This document shows positions 31,404-42,824 of a stretch of 64,000 nt of DNA, piece after piece (the stretch's first letter is position 1; each line of letters starts with the position of its first letter). The stretch lies in contig OY776562.1 in NCBI GenBank assembly GCA_963675785.1, positions 2,400,001 to 2,464,000 on the forward strand, written 5' to 3'. The translations under genes and the position numbers were made by a program. The notes under the pieces were generated by a model. That model did no database searches. It saw only the letters and a list, made by a program, of their open reading frames with translations, and had not been told where the DNA came from. The stretch is from Anaerolineae bacterium. Lineage in GTDB: Bacteria > Chloroflexota > Anaerolineae > UBA1429.

Positions 31404-32696
31404 CTAGTCGCCGGCAGGTGCCGAGCCAACGATCTCGCCAATGAGAGACCAAGGTCCCGTCCAAAAGATCTTGACTCGAGCCAGTTTGCCATGATAGTCG
31501 TCATCGCTCTCAAAGAACACCAGCCGGTTGGTTGTGGTGCGCCCACGCCAGCGATTGCGTGATCTGCCCTCCACCAGCACTTCAACCGTCTCGCCGAGGA
31601 ATTGAGCCGCAATCTCGGAAGCAATCTCCTCTTGCAGTGCTTCAACGGCCTTGCGCCGTGCCTCTTTGACCTCGGGCAATACATCATCCTCCCAGCGAGA
31701 GGCCGGCGTGCCCGGCCGTACCGAATACGAGGCCGCATGCACCTGATCACAGCGTACCGTGCGCAGCAGATCGAGGGTATGCTCGAACTCGGCATCGGTC
31801 TCACCGCAAAAACCCACGATGATGTCGGTGTTGATGGCACAGTCGGGCGTGGACTGGCGAATGCGCGACACCACATCCAGGAATCGCTCCGCCGTATAGC
31901 CGCGAGCCATACGACGCAGCACATCATCATCGCCAGACTGTACCGCCAGTTCCCAGGTGGGACAAACCTTGGGCAGTTGCCCCACGGTATCGATAATGCG
32001 TTGGCTCATCTCGCGGGGATGAGAGGTAAGAAAACGAAGGCGCTCCAGCCCCTCGATCTCGTGAACAGCCATGAGCACATCGGCCAAGTCCACTGGCTCG
32101 TCGAGGTCCGATCCATAAGCATCCACGTTTTGGCCCAACAGAACGATCTCTTTAGTACCGTGGGCAACGAGGGAGCGAGCATCAGCCACAATCTCGACAA
32201 TGGACCGGCTGCGCTGAGGTCCACGCCGCATGGTGACAATGCAATAGGTGCAGTGGTGGTCACAGCCATAGCTAATGGGCACCAAATCCGAGATCTGTGG
32301 CGGAGTCACCAATTCGCCAGAAACAGAGTCCGTCCCGTTCTCCCAGGCGCGCACATAGCGAGATACCCCCTCGATATCCGAAGGTTGGAAAAAAGCGTTG
32401 ACAAAGGGATAGGCTTCCTTCATCCGCTGAGGGTCATCGACCAGGCAGCCCATCACCAGCAATGCCCGGCGCCTTTCGCCATCCAGCAGAGATTTGAGCG
32501 AGAGCATTCTGCCCATTGCACGGTCTTCGGCGCTCTGACGAACCACGCAGGTGTTCATAAAAAGCACATCCGCAGCCTCAGGATCGACCACAGGCTGGTA
32601 TCCAAGCAGCTCAAGCTGTTCTTGAACCCGGTAACTATCCGAGCGGTTCATCTGACAGCCGCTCGACCATATATAGTATGCTTTACTCACAATCAC
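31404..32696 (-). CDS. miaB: tRNA methylthiotransferase MiaB (radical SAM)
   Basis: GCQMN, NTCVVR, CDHHCTYC, VQSG, DIIVGF, YSVRPGT, C-terminal TRAM domain. Confidence 0.88.
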   Translation of the reverse strand: MIVSKAYYIWSSGCQMNRSDSYRVQEQLELLGYQPVVDPEAADVLFMNTCVVRQSAEDRAMGRMLSLKSLLDGERRRALLVMGCLVDDPQRMKEAYPFVNAFFQPSDIEGVSRYVRAWENGTDSVSGELVTPPQISDLVPISYGCDHHCTYCIVTMRRGPQRSRSIVEIVADARSLVAHGTKEIVLLGQNVDAYGSDLDEPVDLADVLMAVHEIEGLERLRFLTSHPREMSQRIIDTVGQLPKVCPTWELAVQSGDDDVLRRMARGYTAERFLDVVSRIRQSTPDCAINTDIIVGFCGETDAEFEHTLDLLRTVRCDQVHAASYSVRPGTPASRWEDDVLPEVKEARRKAVEALQEEIASEIAAQFLGETVEVLVEGRSRNRWRGRTTTNRLVFFESDDDYHGKLARVKIFWTGPWSLIGEIVGSAPAGD

Positions 32697-32713
32697 TCTT
32701 TCACACGCTAATG

Positions 32714-35572
32714 CTAGTACAACACCCGCTTGAGATATTGTCCGGTATACGATTCGGGACAGGCGGCCACCTCTTCGGGCGTGCCAGAGGCGATGACCCG
32801 CCCGCCTTCTGATCCGCCCTCAGGTCCCAGATCAATAATCCAGTCGGCGGACTTGATCACATCCAGATTGTGTTCGATGACCGCCACAGTATTACCTGCA
32901 TCCACCAATCTGCCCAAAACGAGCATCAAACGGTCGACATCGGCAGCATGCAAGCCCACAGTCGGTTCGTCGAGAATGTAGAGCGTTCTGCCTGTGGCGC
33001 GTCGAGACAGCTCACGGGCCAATTTGATGCGCTGAGCCTCACCACCAGAAAGGGTCGTTCCCGGCTGACCCAAACGAATATAACCCAGACCCACATCCCG
33101 CAGCGTTTGCAGATGGCGCTGCATGGAGGGGATGTTCTCGAAAAAGCGCAGAGCTTCATCCACGGTCATTTCGAGCACATCGGCGATCGAGGCTCCCTTG
33201 TATTTGATCTCCAAGGCTTCACGATTATAGCGCTTGCCCCCGCACACGTCGCAGGGCACATATACATCCGGCAAGAACTGCATCTCGATGCGAATGATGC
33301 CGGCACCCTGGCAGGCTTCACAACGGCCGCCTTTAACATTAAAGGAAAAACGGCCCGGCTTGTAGCCTCGTATCTTGGCATCAGGCAATGAGGCAAACAG
33401 GCTGCGAATACTGCCAAACAGTCCCGTATAGGTAGCCGGATTCGAACGCGGTGTGCGCCCAATCGGCGATTGGTCGATATCGATGACTTTGTCCAGATAA
33501 TCCTGACCGCGCATCTCATCGTGCGGCCCCGGCTTGGTGGCAGCGCGGTTCAGCTCGTGTGCCAGTCGCTTGTAGATAGTCTCGATGAGCAGACTACTCT
33601 TGCCCGAACCCGATACGCCCGTTACTGCAACAAAGCACCCCAGGGGCATGCGCACACCCACATCCCGCAGGTTATTCATGCGCGCACCCTCAAGAGTCAG
33701 CCAATGCCCATTACCCGAGCGACGCTTGGCCGGCATAGGCACAGCCTTGGTTCCACTGAGGTACTGACCAGTCAACGAATCCTCACAAGCCATAATCTCT
33801 TGCAAGGTGCCAGCACAGACGATCTCGCCACCCAACTCACCGGCGCCAGGGCCCAGGTCGATGATGTAATCCGCACTGCGGATGGTCTCCTCATCGTGCT
33901 CAACTACCAGCACGGTGTTACCCAAATCCCGCAGGCCAATCAGGGTATCGATGAGCCGCTGGTTATCGCGCTGATGTAGGCCAATGCTGGGCTCATCCAG
34001 AATATAGAGCACGCCCATCAGCTTGCTGCCGATTTGCGTGGCCAGGCGAATGCGCTGAGCCTCACCACCAGACAGCGTCGCCGCCGCCCGTGACAGGCTC
34101 AAATAATGCAGCCCTACATCCCGAAGAAAATTGAGCCGATTGAGCACTTCTTTGATGATGTCACGGGCAATAGTTAGCTGGCGTTCTGGCAAATGCTGAT
34201 CGAGGTCGGTGAAAAAGGCAATGGCCTCTTTGACTGCAAGCCCGCTCACCTGGTCGATCGCCTTGTCGCTCACGGTAACCGCCAAGCTGGTAGGCTTGAG
34301 TCGGCGCCCCTGGCAAACCGGACAAGGCGTTACCGACATGTACTCTTCGACGCGGCTCTTCCAGAAATCCGAGCTGCTCTCAGCATAACGACGCTCCAAA
34401 AACGGGATAACACCCTCGAAAGTGGTCTCATAGTTCCGCTCGCCGCCCTGCCAACTGTTGTAGTGAAAAGGAATCGATTCAGCCCCACTGCCATAGAGCA
34501 CAATCTTTTGAAAATCGGGGGGCAGTTCACACCAGGGTTTATTCATCGACACGCCGTAATGTTCGGCCACGGCCGTCAACAGTGAACGGTTGTAATCATC
34601 GGATTTCAAACCATTGGCCCAGGGAGCAATCGCCCCAGCCGCAAGCGAGAGCGAATCGTCCGGTACCACCAACTCGGGATCGATTTCCTCTTTGATGCCC
34701 AGGCCAGTACATTCGGGGCAAGCACCATGGGGCGAGTTGAAGGAAAAACTGCGAGGCTCCAATTCGGGTAAACTGATGCCGCACACCGGACATGCGTATT
34801 TTTCGGAAAAGAGCATGTCCTCGCCATCGATGACCGCAGCGATCAGGCTGCCATCGCCAAGCTCTAACGCCGTCTCGATTGAATCCGCCAAACGCCGCCG
34901 AAGCTCATCGGCTGTAGCTACATCACCCTGCACATCGCGAACAATGATGCGGTCTACGACGGCCTCAATGGTGTGCATCTTGTAACGATCCAGGACAATG
35001 TCCTCGGTCAGGTCACGGACCTCACCATCGATGCGGGCCCGCACAAACCCAGCACGAGCGAGATCAGTCAACACCTTGCGGTGTTCACCCTTGCGGTCGC
35101 GAATCAACGGCCCAAGGATGAGCAAGCGGGTACCATCCGGCACGGCCAACAGCGTATCCACCATGTCCTGTACAGTCTGGCGGCTAATCTCGCGCCCGCA
35201 CTCTGGGCAATGCGGCACACCGATACGAGCATACAAGAGACGCAAATAGTCATAGATCTCTGTAACCGTGCCCACTGTGGAACGCGGACTGCGGCTGGTG
35301 CTCTTTTGATCGATGCTAATGGCCGGCGAGAGCCCCTCAATGTGATCCACATCGGGCTTGTCCATCTGCCCCAAGAACTGGCGGGCATAGGCCGAGAGAG
35401 ACTCTACATAGCGCCGCTGGCCCTCGGCATAGATGGTATCAAAAGCGAGGGAAGACTTGCCCGAACCAGAAAGCCCAGTGATGACCACCAGCTTGTCGCG
35501 GGGAATATCCACATCAATATTCTTGAGGTTATGCTGCCGCGCTCCGCGGATCGTTATATTTTCTTGAGGCAT
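32714..35572 (-). CDS. uvrA: Excinuclease ABC subunit A
   Basis: GARQHNLKN, two GxSGSGKS and LSGGEAQR motifs, Zn fingers. Confidence 0.98.
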   Translation of the reverse strand: MPQENITIRGARQHNLKNIDVDIPRDKLVVITGLSGSGKSSLAFDTIYAEGQRRYVESLSAYARQFLGQMDKPDVDHIEGLSPAISIDQKSTSRSPRSTVGTVTEIYDYLRLLYARIGVPHCPECGREISRQTVQDMVDTLLAVPDGTRLLILGPLIRDRKGEHRKVLTDLARAGFVRARIDGEVRDLTEDIVLDRYKMHTIEAVVDRIIVRDVQGDVATADELRRRLADSIETALELGDGSLIAAVIDGEDMLFSEKYACPVCGISLPELEPRSFSFNSPHGACPECTGLGIKEEIDPELVVPDDSLSLAAGAIAPWANGLKSDDYNRSLLTAVAEHYGVSMNKPWCELPPDFQKIVLYGSGAESIPFHYNSWQGGERNYETTFEGVIPFLERRYAESSSDFWKSRVEEYMSVTPCPVCQGRRLKPTSLAVTVSDKAIDQVSGLAVKEAIAFFTDLDQHLPERQLTIARDIIKEVLNRLNFLRDVGLHYLSLSRAAATLSGGEAQRIRLATQIGSKLMGVLYILDEPSIGLHQRDNQRLIDTLIGLRDLGNTVLVVEHDEETIRSADYIIDLGPGAGELGGEIVCAGTLQEIMACEDSLTGQYLSGTKAVPMPAKRRSGNGHWLTLEGARMNNLRDVGVRMPLGCFVAVTGVSGSGKSSLLIETIYKRLAHELNRAATKPGPHDEMRGQDYLDKVIDIDQSPIGRTPRSNPATYTGLFGSIRSLFASLPDAKIRGYKPGRFSFNVKGGRCEACQGAGIIRIEMQFLPDVYVPCDVCGGKRYNREALEIKYKGASIADVLEMTVDEALRFFENIPSMQRHLQTLRDVGLGYIRLGQPGTTLSGGEAQRIKLARELSRRATGRTLYILDEPTVGLHAADVDRLMLVLGRLVDAGNTVAVIEHNLDVIKSADWIIDLGPEGGSEGGRVIASGTPEEVAACPESYTGQYLKRVLY

Positions 35573-35582
35573 TCATCCACCA

Positions 35583-37610
35583 TTAACTCTTTTCAACGCG
35601 TTGTGCTTTGCGAAAACGTTCCCACTCGGGAGCATCGTCTTGGGCCTCGATGCTACGCCGCAAATCGAGGATCTCGTCGCGAATGAGGGCCGCCTTTTCA
35701 AACTCGAGAGCACGAGAGGCCTCTTTCATCTGCTCTTCCAACTGTTTGATAACGCGCAGGGCCTCATCCACCGGAATAGCCGATACGTGATAAGCTGCCC
35801 CTTCTTCGGCCACAACCCTAGACGCAGCCGACAAAGCGCGGATTTCCTTGATAATCGAGGTCGGCTCGATGCCGTTGGCCTCGTTGTAGTCTCGCTGAAT
35901 CTGGCGCCTGCGGTTGGTCTCTTCAATAGCCCGCCGCATTGAATCAGTGACCACATCGGCGTACATAATGACCTGGCCGTTGACATGCCGCGCAGCACGG
36001 CCGATGGTTTGAATGAGCGCCTGCGCCGAACGCAAGAACCCTTCTTTGTCCGCATCCAGAATGACCACCAACGACACTTCGGGCAGGTCGAGACCCTCAC
36101 GCAAGAGGTTGACACCCACCACCACATCATATACACCGGCCCGCAGGTCATTCAAAATATCGACGCGCTCCATAGTGACAATCTCACTGTGCAGATAATG
36201 CACCCGAATACCCGCCTCTGTCAGATATTCAGCCAGGTCCTCGGCCATGCGCTTGGTCAAGGTCGTCACCAGAGCGCGCTCGCCATGCCGGGTTCTCTTT
36301 TGCAGCTCTTGGATCAAATCATCGATCTGCCCTTCGGTGGGTTTGACGACCACTTCAGGGTCAATCAATCCCGTCGGCCGGATAACCTGTTCGACGATCT
36401 GGCTGCTTACCGTTCTCTCGTATTCAGCGGGCGTGGCCGAGACAAACACACACTGATTGACATGATCCTCAAATTCGGCAAAGGTGAGGGGACGGTTGTC
36501 CATAGCCGAGGGTAATCGAAAGCCAAAGTCCACCAGCGTCTTTTTGCGGGCGCGGTCGCCATTGTACATACCGCGAACCTGCGGCACTGTCATGTGCGAT
36601 TCGTCGATGAACATGAGATAATCAGAGGGGAAATAGTCCAATAACGTCCAGGGAGGCTCGCCCTCTTCGCGTCCGGAAAGATGACGCGAATAGTTTTCCA
36701 CCCCAGAGCAATAGCCCACCTCGCGCAGCATCTCCAGATCATAGCGAGTACGCTGCTCCAGGCGTTGGGCTTCAAGCAGGTGGTCGCCATCGCGCAAAAG
36801 CTTGAGTTGGTCGTCGAGTTCGCCCTCGATGCGTTCCAGGGCGCCCTCCAACTTTTCCGTTGGCGTAATAAAGTGCTTGGCCGGATAGATCTGGATCTTT
36901 TCATGCTCGGCGATAATCTGGCCAGTAAGAGCATCCACCTCAGTCAGGCGATCCACCTCGTCGCCCCAGAACTCGATGCGATATACCGTCTGCCCATAAG
37001 CGAGCATAACCTCCACTGTGTCGCCACGCACGCGGAACTTGCCCGGAGAAAGTGCGGTGTCATTGCGCTCATAGAGGATGCTCACCAAATGGCGCAACAA
37101 GCGCTCGCGCCGTTCCACCTGGCCACGAGCCAGATCCACCACTACCTGACCATACGTCTCGGGATCGCCCAAGCCGTAGATGCAGGATACTGAAGCCACC
37201 ACAACCACATCGCGCCGACTGAACAAAGAAGACGTTGCTTCCAGTCGCAGTCGGTCAATCTCATCGTTGATTTGGGCGTCTTTTTCTATATAGGTGTCAG
37301 TGCGCGGAATATAGGCTTCCGGCTGATAGTAATCATAATAGCTGACGAAATAAGAGACGGCGTTATCCGGAAAGAATTCCTTGAACTCGCCATAGAGCTG
37401 CGCTGCCAGGGTTTTGTTGTGAGCGATGACGATAGCCGGACGCTGCAAGGTCTCAATGATATTCGCCATGACGTATGTCTTGCCAGAGCCCGTTACACCC
37501 AACAGAGTCTGAAAACGGTCACCCCGCTCCATACCATCAATCAGGCTCTCGATGGCTTGCGGCTGGTCTCCTGTCGGTCGATAATCCGACACCAGTCTGA
37601 ACTCACCCAA
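35583..37610 (-). CDS. uvrB: Excinuclease ABC subunit B
   Basis: [35 protein letters not shown] domain; TTG start at 37610 follows AGGAG (the ORF track starts at 37637). Confidence 0.98.
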   Translation of the reverse strand: MGEFRLVSDYRPTGDQPQAIESLIDGMERGDRFQTLLGVTGSGKTYVMANIIETLQRPAIVIAHNKTLAAQLYGEFKEFFPDNAVSYFVSYYDYYQPEAYIPRTDTYIEKDAQINDEIDRLRLEATSSLFSRRDVVVVASVSCIYGLGDPETYGQVVVDLARGQVERRERLLRHLVSILYERNDTALSPGKFRVRGDTVEVMLAYGQTVYRIEFWGDEVDRLTEVDALTGQIIAEHEKIQIYPAKHFITPTEKLEGALERIEGELDDQLKLLRDGDHLLEAQRLEQRTRYDLEMLREVGYCSGVENYSRHLSGREEGEPPWTLLDYFPSDYLMFIDESHMTVPQVRGMYNGDRARKKTLVDFGFRLPSAMDNRPLTFAEFEDHVNQCVFVSATPAEYERTVSSQIVEQVIRPTGLIDPEVVVKPTEGQIDDLIQELQKRTRHGERALVTTLTKRMAEDLAEYLTEAGIRVHYLHSEIVTMERVDILNDLRAGVYDVVVGVNLLREGLDLPEVSLVVILDADKEGFLRSAQALIQTIGRAARHVNGQVIMYADVVTDSMRRAIEETNRRRQIQRDYNEANGIEPTSIIKEIRALSAASRVVAEEGAAYHVSAIPVDEALRVIKQLEEQMKEASRALEFEKAALIRDEILDLRRSIEAQDDAPEWERFRKAQRVEKS

Positions 37611-37645
37611 TGGAACTCTCCTGTCTCTGAAACGCACCGACCGTT

Positions 37646-37663
37646 ATTATAGCACAGATGTTC
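37646..37663 (-). promoter_or_regulatory. uvrB extended -10 promoter overlapped by a putative LexA box
   Basis: Minus strand GAACatctGTGC (one mismatch to GAAC-N4-GTTC) running into TGcTATAAT. Confidence 0.65.
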
Positions 37664-37687
37664 AAATTTTCCTTGATTGCTATACGG

Positions 37688-37716
37688 TTGCACAATGGGC
37701 TACCCTGCAATATACT
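37688..37716 (+). promoter_or_regulatory. sigma70 promoter of the epimerase gene
   Basis: TTGCAC-17 bp-TATACT. Confidence 0.65.
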
Positions 37717-37758
37717 GGCGAGTGCACGACTCACTCGATGGAGAGGAATTTTTCTAGT

Positions 37759-38688
37759 ATGCGCATTCTGGTTACGGGAGGGGCGGGCTTTTTAGGAACT
37801 GCCCTGGCCAACAAACTGGTACAAGAGGGGCACATCGTCCGTGTACTGGACGATCTTTCGGCAGGCGATGCTTCTTATCTGGATAAAGACATCCTTTTCT
37901 CACGCGGCGATACACGCGATATCCCTCGCCTTTGGTCATTGCTCAAAGATGTGGATTGCGTCTACCATCTGGCGGCGCGCGTCAGCGTCCCCGAGTCCAT
38001 CGCCTATCCCGTAGAGTATAACGATGTCAATGTAGGCGGCACGGTCAGCCTGATGACCGCCGTACGCGATGCAAGGGTCAAACGCGTGGTGCTGGCCTCT
38101 TCAGCGGCAGTGTACGGCAATCAAGCACAGCAACCCATCAGCGAATCCGCCGTGCTCCAGCCCGAATCACCCTACGCTGTCAGCAAAGTGGCCGCCGAAA
38201 ACTATGTGCAGGCCATCGGCAAACTGTGGGGAATCGAAACGGTTATCCTGCGCATTCAAAACGCCTATGGTCCCAATCAGCCGCTGCCGGCCTCGCATGC
38301 GCCGGTTGTGCCGCGGTTTCTCAAACAGGTGTGCTCGGGGGGATCGGTCATTCTCTTTGGGAGCGGGCGTCAGACGCGTGACTTTGTGTACATCAGCGAT
38401 GTTACCGATGCCCTGATAGCCGCGGGCAGCGTGCCCGATATCGACGGTACGATCTGTAACATCGGCAGCGGTAGCGAGACGAGTATCTCAGAGCTACTTG
38501 ATGTCATCGAAAAAGTCACCGGACGAGAAGCACATCGGCTGCAAAACGGAGTTGGCGAAGTGGGTGTATCTCGCCTCTATGCTAACATCTCACGCGCCCA
38601 AGAGGTTCTAGGATATAGCTCCAGGGTGAACCTAGAGACAGGTCTCCGATTCACCCTGGAGCAAGATGTGCGTTTCAGCCCCTGTTGA
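37759..38688 (+). CDS. NAD-dependent epimerase/dehydratase (extended SDR)
   Basis: MRILVTGGAGFLG, HLAA, SSAAVYG, YAVSK, RDFVY. Confidence 0.9.
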   Translation: MRILVTGGAGFLGTALANKLVQEGHIVRVLDDLSAGDASYLDKDILFSRGDTRDIPRLWSLLKDVDCVYHLAARVSVPESIAYPVEYNDVNVGGTVSLMTAVRDARVKRVVLASSAAVYGNQAQQPISESAVLQPESPYAVSKVAAENYVQAIGKLWGIETVILRIQNAYGPNQPLPASHAPVVPRFLKQVCSGGSVILFGSGRQTRDFVYISDVTDALIAAGSVPDIDGTICNIGSGSETSISELLDVIEKVTGREAHRLQNGVGEVGVSRLYANISRAQEVLGYSSRVNLETGLRFTLEQDVRFSPC

Positions 38689-38690
38689 AC

Positions 38691-38981
38691 CTAATCCTGG
38701 AACGTCGGGGCTTCTTCGATCATGACCTTGCCAGCAACAGCTTCATCTATAGAGTGCACTGTGCCGCCACCATCTGCTATCTCGCTGACCAATGCCTCGA
38801 GGCTAAGATCAGTCCCGACAGCCGTGATCTTGGCGTTCTCAACCATTCGGTCAACTTCATAGATATTGATGTTGACGCCATCGACGCCAGGGAGCCCCGC
38901 GAGCCGCTGTGCCAGCACAACGATCGAGGGATCGTGAGGCTTGAGCACATCAAGCACGATTCGCCTAACCTTGGCTTCCAT
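38691..38981 (-). CDS. DUF211-family protein
   Basis: RRIVLDVLKPH...GVDGVNI...GGTVHSIDE matches the DUF211 pattern as I recall it. Confidence 0.75.
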   Translation of the reverse strand: MEAKVRRIVLDVLKPHDPSIVVLAQRLAGLPGVDGVNINIYEVDRMVENAKITAVGTDLSLEALVSEIADGGGTVHSIDEAVAGKVMIEEAPTFQD

Positions 38982-39810
38982 TTTCGTACACTCCTTCTTC
39001 AGAACTATCCAATTCTTCTACACCCTCAGAATCCATAGCGTCTGACGGCACATACCGTGCAAACACCAGATACCCCGTATGAGCAGGCATGAGATCGACA
39101 GGGCGCAGCCGGGCTGGAACGGGTTTGTAGTGGCGCACCAGAATCTCTAGCACCTCGACATCCCATAACCCCGTGCCCCGTATGCCAAACAACAAGTCAG
39201 TCACCTGATTGGTAGTCGGGACGAGTGCGCCAAAGAACCCTGAAGGCTGAAGCGCCGCCGTTACCTGCGTCAGATATTCCCAGGGTTCGCGTACATCCAA
39301 AAAGACCGCATCCACATCCGTTTGGTCAAATCCCTCGATGATATCACGCTGGTAAAATTCGACGCGATCATTATACCCGGCCAATTCGAGATTCTTGCGG
39401 GCGATGTTGATCATGTCTTCGCGGTTATCATAGCTGTAAATCGTACCCGTGGGCGCCACACGATGGGCAAATGCCGTGGTCAGAGCGCCGCTGCCCGTTC
39501 CCGCCTCAATCACGCGGCTTCCCGCGCCAAGGTCCATCTTGAGCAAAATCAGGCCAATATCCTTGGGATAGATGATCTGCGAGCCTCGCTTCAAGTTCAT
39601 CAGCAGGTCATCCAGAGAGGGACGAAGCACCAAAACTTTGTGCCCTAAATGGGTGGTAACAGAGCGGCCGAACGACTGACCAATGATATCATCATGTTCA
39701 ACAAAACCATGATGCGTATTGTGCCGCCAACCACTCTTGAGCACAAACAGGGAACGTTTGCCGTCTTTGCCAACAAGCAGTACGGAGTCATTCTCCTGTG
39801 CTAAATTCAC
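38965..39810 (-). CDS. trmI: tRNA (adenine58-N1)-methyltransferase
   Basis: QIIYPKD, EAGTGSGALT, AVFLDVREPW, HTGYL. Confidence 0.92.
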   Translation of the reverse strand: MNLAQENDSVLLVGKDGKRSLFVLKSGWRHNTHHGFVEHDDIIGQSFGRSVTTHLGHKVLVLRPSLDDLLMNLKRGSQIIYPKDIGLILLKMDLGAGSRVIEAGTGSGALTTAFAHRVAPTGTIYSYDNREDMINIARKNLELAGYNDRVEFYQRDIIEGFDQTDVDAVFLDVREPWEYLTQVTAALQPSGFFGALVPTTNQVTDLLFGIRGTGLWDVEVLEILVRHYKPVPARLRPVDLMPAHTGYLVFARYVPSDAMDSEGVEELDSSEEGVYENGSQG

Positions 39811-39895
39811 ATTTTATCCTTTACCTAAAGTCCCTCAACAATGTATTATAGGAGGCGTATATTGCTTGTACAAACTGCAGAACGGAGCGAAAAAC

Positions 39896-40477
39896 ATGAA
39901 CGATCGGCAAGCCAAGACTGATTATCCTATCATGGATGAAATAGCCGAACGTTGGAGCCCCATCTCCTTTGAGCCAAAACCCTTATGTGAAGGTGAGCTG
40001 GCCAGCCTGTTCGAAGCTGCACGTTGGGCCCCTTCTTCGATGAACGCACAACCCTGGGAATACATCTATGCCCGACGCGAAAACGAGGTCGAATTCGACC
40101 GCCTGTTCTCCTGCCTCAACGAGGGTAACCAGGCTTGGGCCCACGAATGCAGCGTGCTCATCGTTACCGTAACCAACGGCGAAGGCCGCTATGCCTACCA
40201 CGACGCGGGCCTGGCACTCGAAAACTTGGCCATTCAGGCCACCTCCATGGGATTGCATGTCCATCCCATGGGCGGCTTTTCGCCATCCAAAGCGACCGAA
40301 CTGCTGGGCATCCCCGAAGGGCACAACCCCGTGGCCATGGTAGCTGTCGGCTATCTAGCCGACGATTCGGCTCTGGACGAGAACCTCATGCACAAGAACC
40401 GCCGTGAGCGTGCTCGCAAGCCGATTTCCGAGTTTTGCTTTGAAGGAACCTGGGGCAGCAGCATTCGCAAACTGTAA
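39896..40477 (+). CDS. Nitroreductase family protein
   Basis: ERWSPISF, AARWAPSSMNAQPW, HPMGGF. Confidence 0.88.
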   Translation: MNDRQAKTDYPIMDEIAERWSPISFEPKPLCEGELASLFEAARWAPSSMNAQPWEYIYARRENEVEFDRLFSCLNEGNQAWAHECSVLIVTVTNGEGRYAYHDAGLALENLAIQATSMGLHVHPMGGFSPSKATELLGIPEGHNPVAMVAVGYLADDSALDENLMHKNRRERARKPISEFCFEGTWGSSIRKL

Positions 40478-40480
40478 CCA

Positions 40481-40507
40481 TTTGGGGCAGGGCCTACCTG
40501 CCCCAAA
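40481..40507. terminator. Hairpin between convergent nitroreductase and GH3
   Basis: TTTGGGGCAG...CTGCCCCAAA inverted repeat. Confidence 0.6.
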
Positions 40508-40528
40508 AGATTTTGTGATGAGGTAACT

Positions 40529-42646
40529 CTACACCTGTAAGCTGAACTTTCCCTGCACAAAGGGCAAGGGGCTATTGGCAAGAGGCTGTCCTCCACCTAC
40601 AGATACCGTGAAGGTACCAGGTTCTACATGACGCACGCCTTCATCGTCAAAAACTGCTAGCTGCGTCGGTTTGAGCGTAAAGCATACTATTTTGCTCTCG
40701 CCGGGCTCCAGGGCAATACGAGCAAACCCTTCGAGATGCCGCACTGGCACCGGATAGCTGGCCTCATCATCGGTCACATAAAGCTGCACGACTTCTTCAC
40801 CAGCTCGTTGGCCCATATTCTTGACTAGCGCACTGATTCTGACCGTTGAATCCGTCCGTCCTTCGCCCTCATCGATCTTGAGATCGCTGTAGGCAAATTG
40901 GGTGTAACTAAGGCCATAGCCAAAAGGATAGAGTGGGTCGTATTTGAGAAAGCGATACGTGTGCCCCGAGTACATAGCGTAATCCGTAAAATCGGGCAAC
41001 TGATCGACAGAGCGAGCAAAGGTAATGGGCAGACGCCCAGCCGGGTTATAATCGCCAAAGAGCACGCTGGCTAGAGCTGCCCCGCCCTCTTCGCCAGGGT
41101 ACCAGGCTTCAACGATGGCCGGCACATGCTCATCAGCCCAGTTGATGGCTAACGCACTGCCGTTCAACAGCACCAATACAACGGGCGTGCCCGTCACAAC
41201 GATCTCTTTTAACAACTCTTCCTGCACGCCAAAAAGAATGATATCATCGCGGTCAGCCTTGCGGCCTTCATCGTCTATATCCTCTTCGCCCTCTACCCTC
41301 GGATTGAGGCCTAGGCAAACGATGGCGACGTCGGCCTTGGCAGCAAGGTCCACTGCCTCGGCAAAGCCATCGCGCGAGTCATCCCAAATATCACAGCCCT
41401 TGGCATAGGTCACCTTGGCTTCTGGTAGCATGTTGCGAATGCCCGCCAATGGCGTCGTCGAACGGGAGGGGGTGCCGTTATAGTTACCCAGCAGCACTTC
41501 GTCATCATCGGCATTGGGCCCAATGACGGCCACATGCTTGAGTCCCTTGTTCAGCGGCAACATGCCATCTTTGTTCTTGAGCAACACCATTGACTTTAGA
41601 GCCACTTCCAGCGCAAGCTGGCGGTGCTCTTCTGAATCGTTCTCACTGTAGGGGATATTGGCATAAGACACGCGGTCAGCGGGATCAAACATGCCCAACT
41701 TGAAACGAGCCAAGAACAAACGCTTGACCGAAAGCGTGACGGTCTCTTCGCTGATGAGCCCTTGGTTCACAGCGTTCACCAACAACTCGAAGGCCTCGCC
41801 ACAGTTGAGGTCGCAGCCCTCGTTCACCGCCAAAGCCGCTGCCTCTTCAGGTGTGGTGGCAAGGCCGTGATCCTGATAAATATCTTTGATGGCCCAGCAA
41901 TCTGAAACCACATAGCCGTCAAAGTCCCATTCATCGCGCAAAATCTCGCCCAAAAGGCGATGACTGGCACAGCAAGCCTCACCGTTGGTTCGGTTATAAG
42001 CCCCCATTACCGAATAAGCACCCGCATCGCACACCAGTGCTTCAAAGGCGGGTAAATAGGTCTCGCGCATATCGCGTTCATCAGCTATTGCATTAAAGCG
42101 ATGGCGATCAGCCTCGGGGCCGCTGTGCACGGCAAAGTGCTTGGCCGTAGCAACCAGTTTAAAATAGTGGGGATCGTCACCCTGAAGACCTTTGACGAAT
42201 TCAACGCCGAGCTTTGCGGTGAGACAGGGATCTTCTCCATAGGTCTCCTGTCCACGGCCCCAGCGGGGATCGCGAAAGATATTGACATTGGGTGACCAAA
42301 ATGTAAGTCCCTTGTAGATGCCGCGATCGTCCTGGCGTACGAATTCGTGGTGCTTGGCTCGGGCCTCGTCAGAGACGGCCACAGACATACGACTGATTAG
42401 GTCGGTATCAAAAGTGGCTCCCATGCCGATGGCTTGTGGAAAAACGGTGGCAATGCCCGCGCGAGCGACGCCGTGCAAGCATTCGTTCCACCAGTTATAG
42501 GCAGGCACGCCAAGCCGTTCGATGGCTGCCGCATGATGAACCATTTGAGAGACTTTTTCCTCAAGCGTCATTTGGTCTACCAGATCATCGACGCGTTCTT
42601 CAAAACTCAGATCCGGGTTCATATAGCGAGGAGCCGTATCAGACAT
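40529..42646 (-). CDS. Glycoside hydrolase family 3 (beta-xylosidase/glucosidase)
   Basis: WWNECLHG, RDPRWGRGQETYGED, KHF, VVSDC nucleophile, YPFGYGLSY, Fn3-like C-terminus; no signal peptide. Confidence 0.92.
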   Translation of the reverse strand: MSDTAPRYMNPDLSFEERVDDLVDQMTLEEKVSQMVHHAAAIERLGVPAYNWWNECLHGVARAGIATVFPQAIGMGATFDTDLISRMSVAVSDEARAKHHEFVRQDDRGIYKGLTFWSPNVNIFRDPRWGRGQETYGEDPCLTAKLGVEFVKGLQGDDPHYFKLVATAKHFAVHSGPEADRHRFNAIADERDMRETYLPAFEALVCDAGAYSVMGAYNRTNGEACCASHRLLGEILRDEWDFDGYVVSDCWAIKDIYQDHGLATTPEEAAALAVNEGCDLNCGEAFELLVNAVNQGLISEETVTLSVKRLFLARFKLGMFDPADRVSYANIPYSENDSEEHRQLALEVALKSMVLLKNKDGMLPLNKGLKHVAVIGPNADDDEVLLGNYNGTPSRSTTPLAGIRNMLPEAKVTYAKGCDIWDDSRDGFAEAVDLAAKADVAIVCLGLNPRVEGEEDIDDEGRKADRDDIILFGVQEELLKEIVVTGTPVVLVLLNGSALAINWADEHVPAIVEAWYPGEEGGAALASVLFGDYNPAGRLPITFARSVDQLPDFTDYAMYSGHTYRFLKYDPLYPFGYGLSYTQFAYSDLKIDEGEGRTDSTVRISALVKNMGQRAGEEVVQLYVTDDEASYPVPVRHLEGFARIALEPGESKIVCFTLKPTQLAVFDDEGVRHVEPGTFTVSVGGGQPLANSPLPFVQGKFSLQV

Positions 42647-42824
42647 CATAACCTCCTGAACAGATCTATTTTCCCTGATGACAGTATAGTCGGATAATCC
42701 CTTTAAACCAACGAATTCGCCGCTACGGGCGTAACTTCTCACGAGAAAAGGGGTTGGGAATATTACGGGTTTTTAGGCCATCCACACATTAAAAGCCAAC
42801 ATTCATAGCAAGAGAGGGATAGCA

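Noticed and set aside
37611-37645. Leaderless uvrB starting at GTG 37637
   Set aside because: A TTG at 37610 with a well-spaced AGGAG SD is the simpler start.
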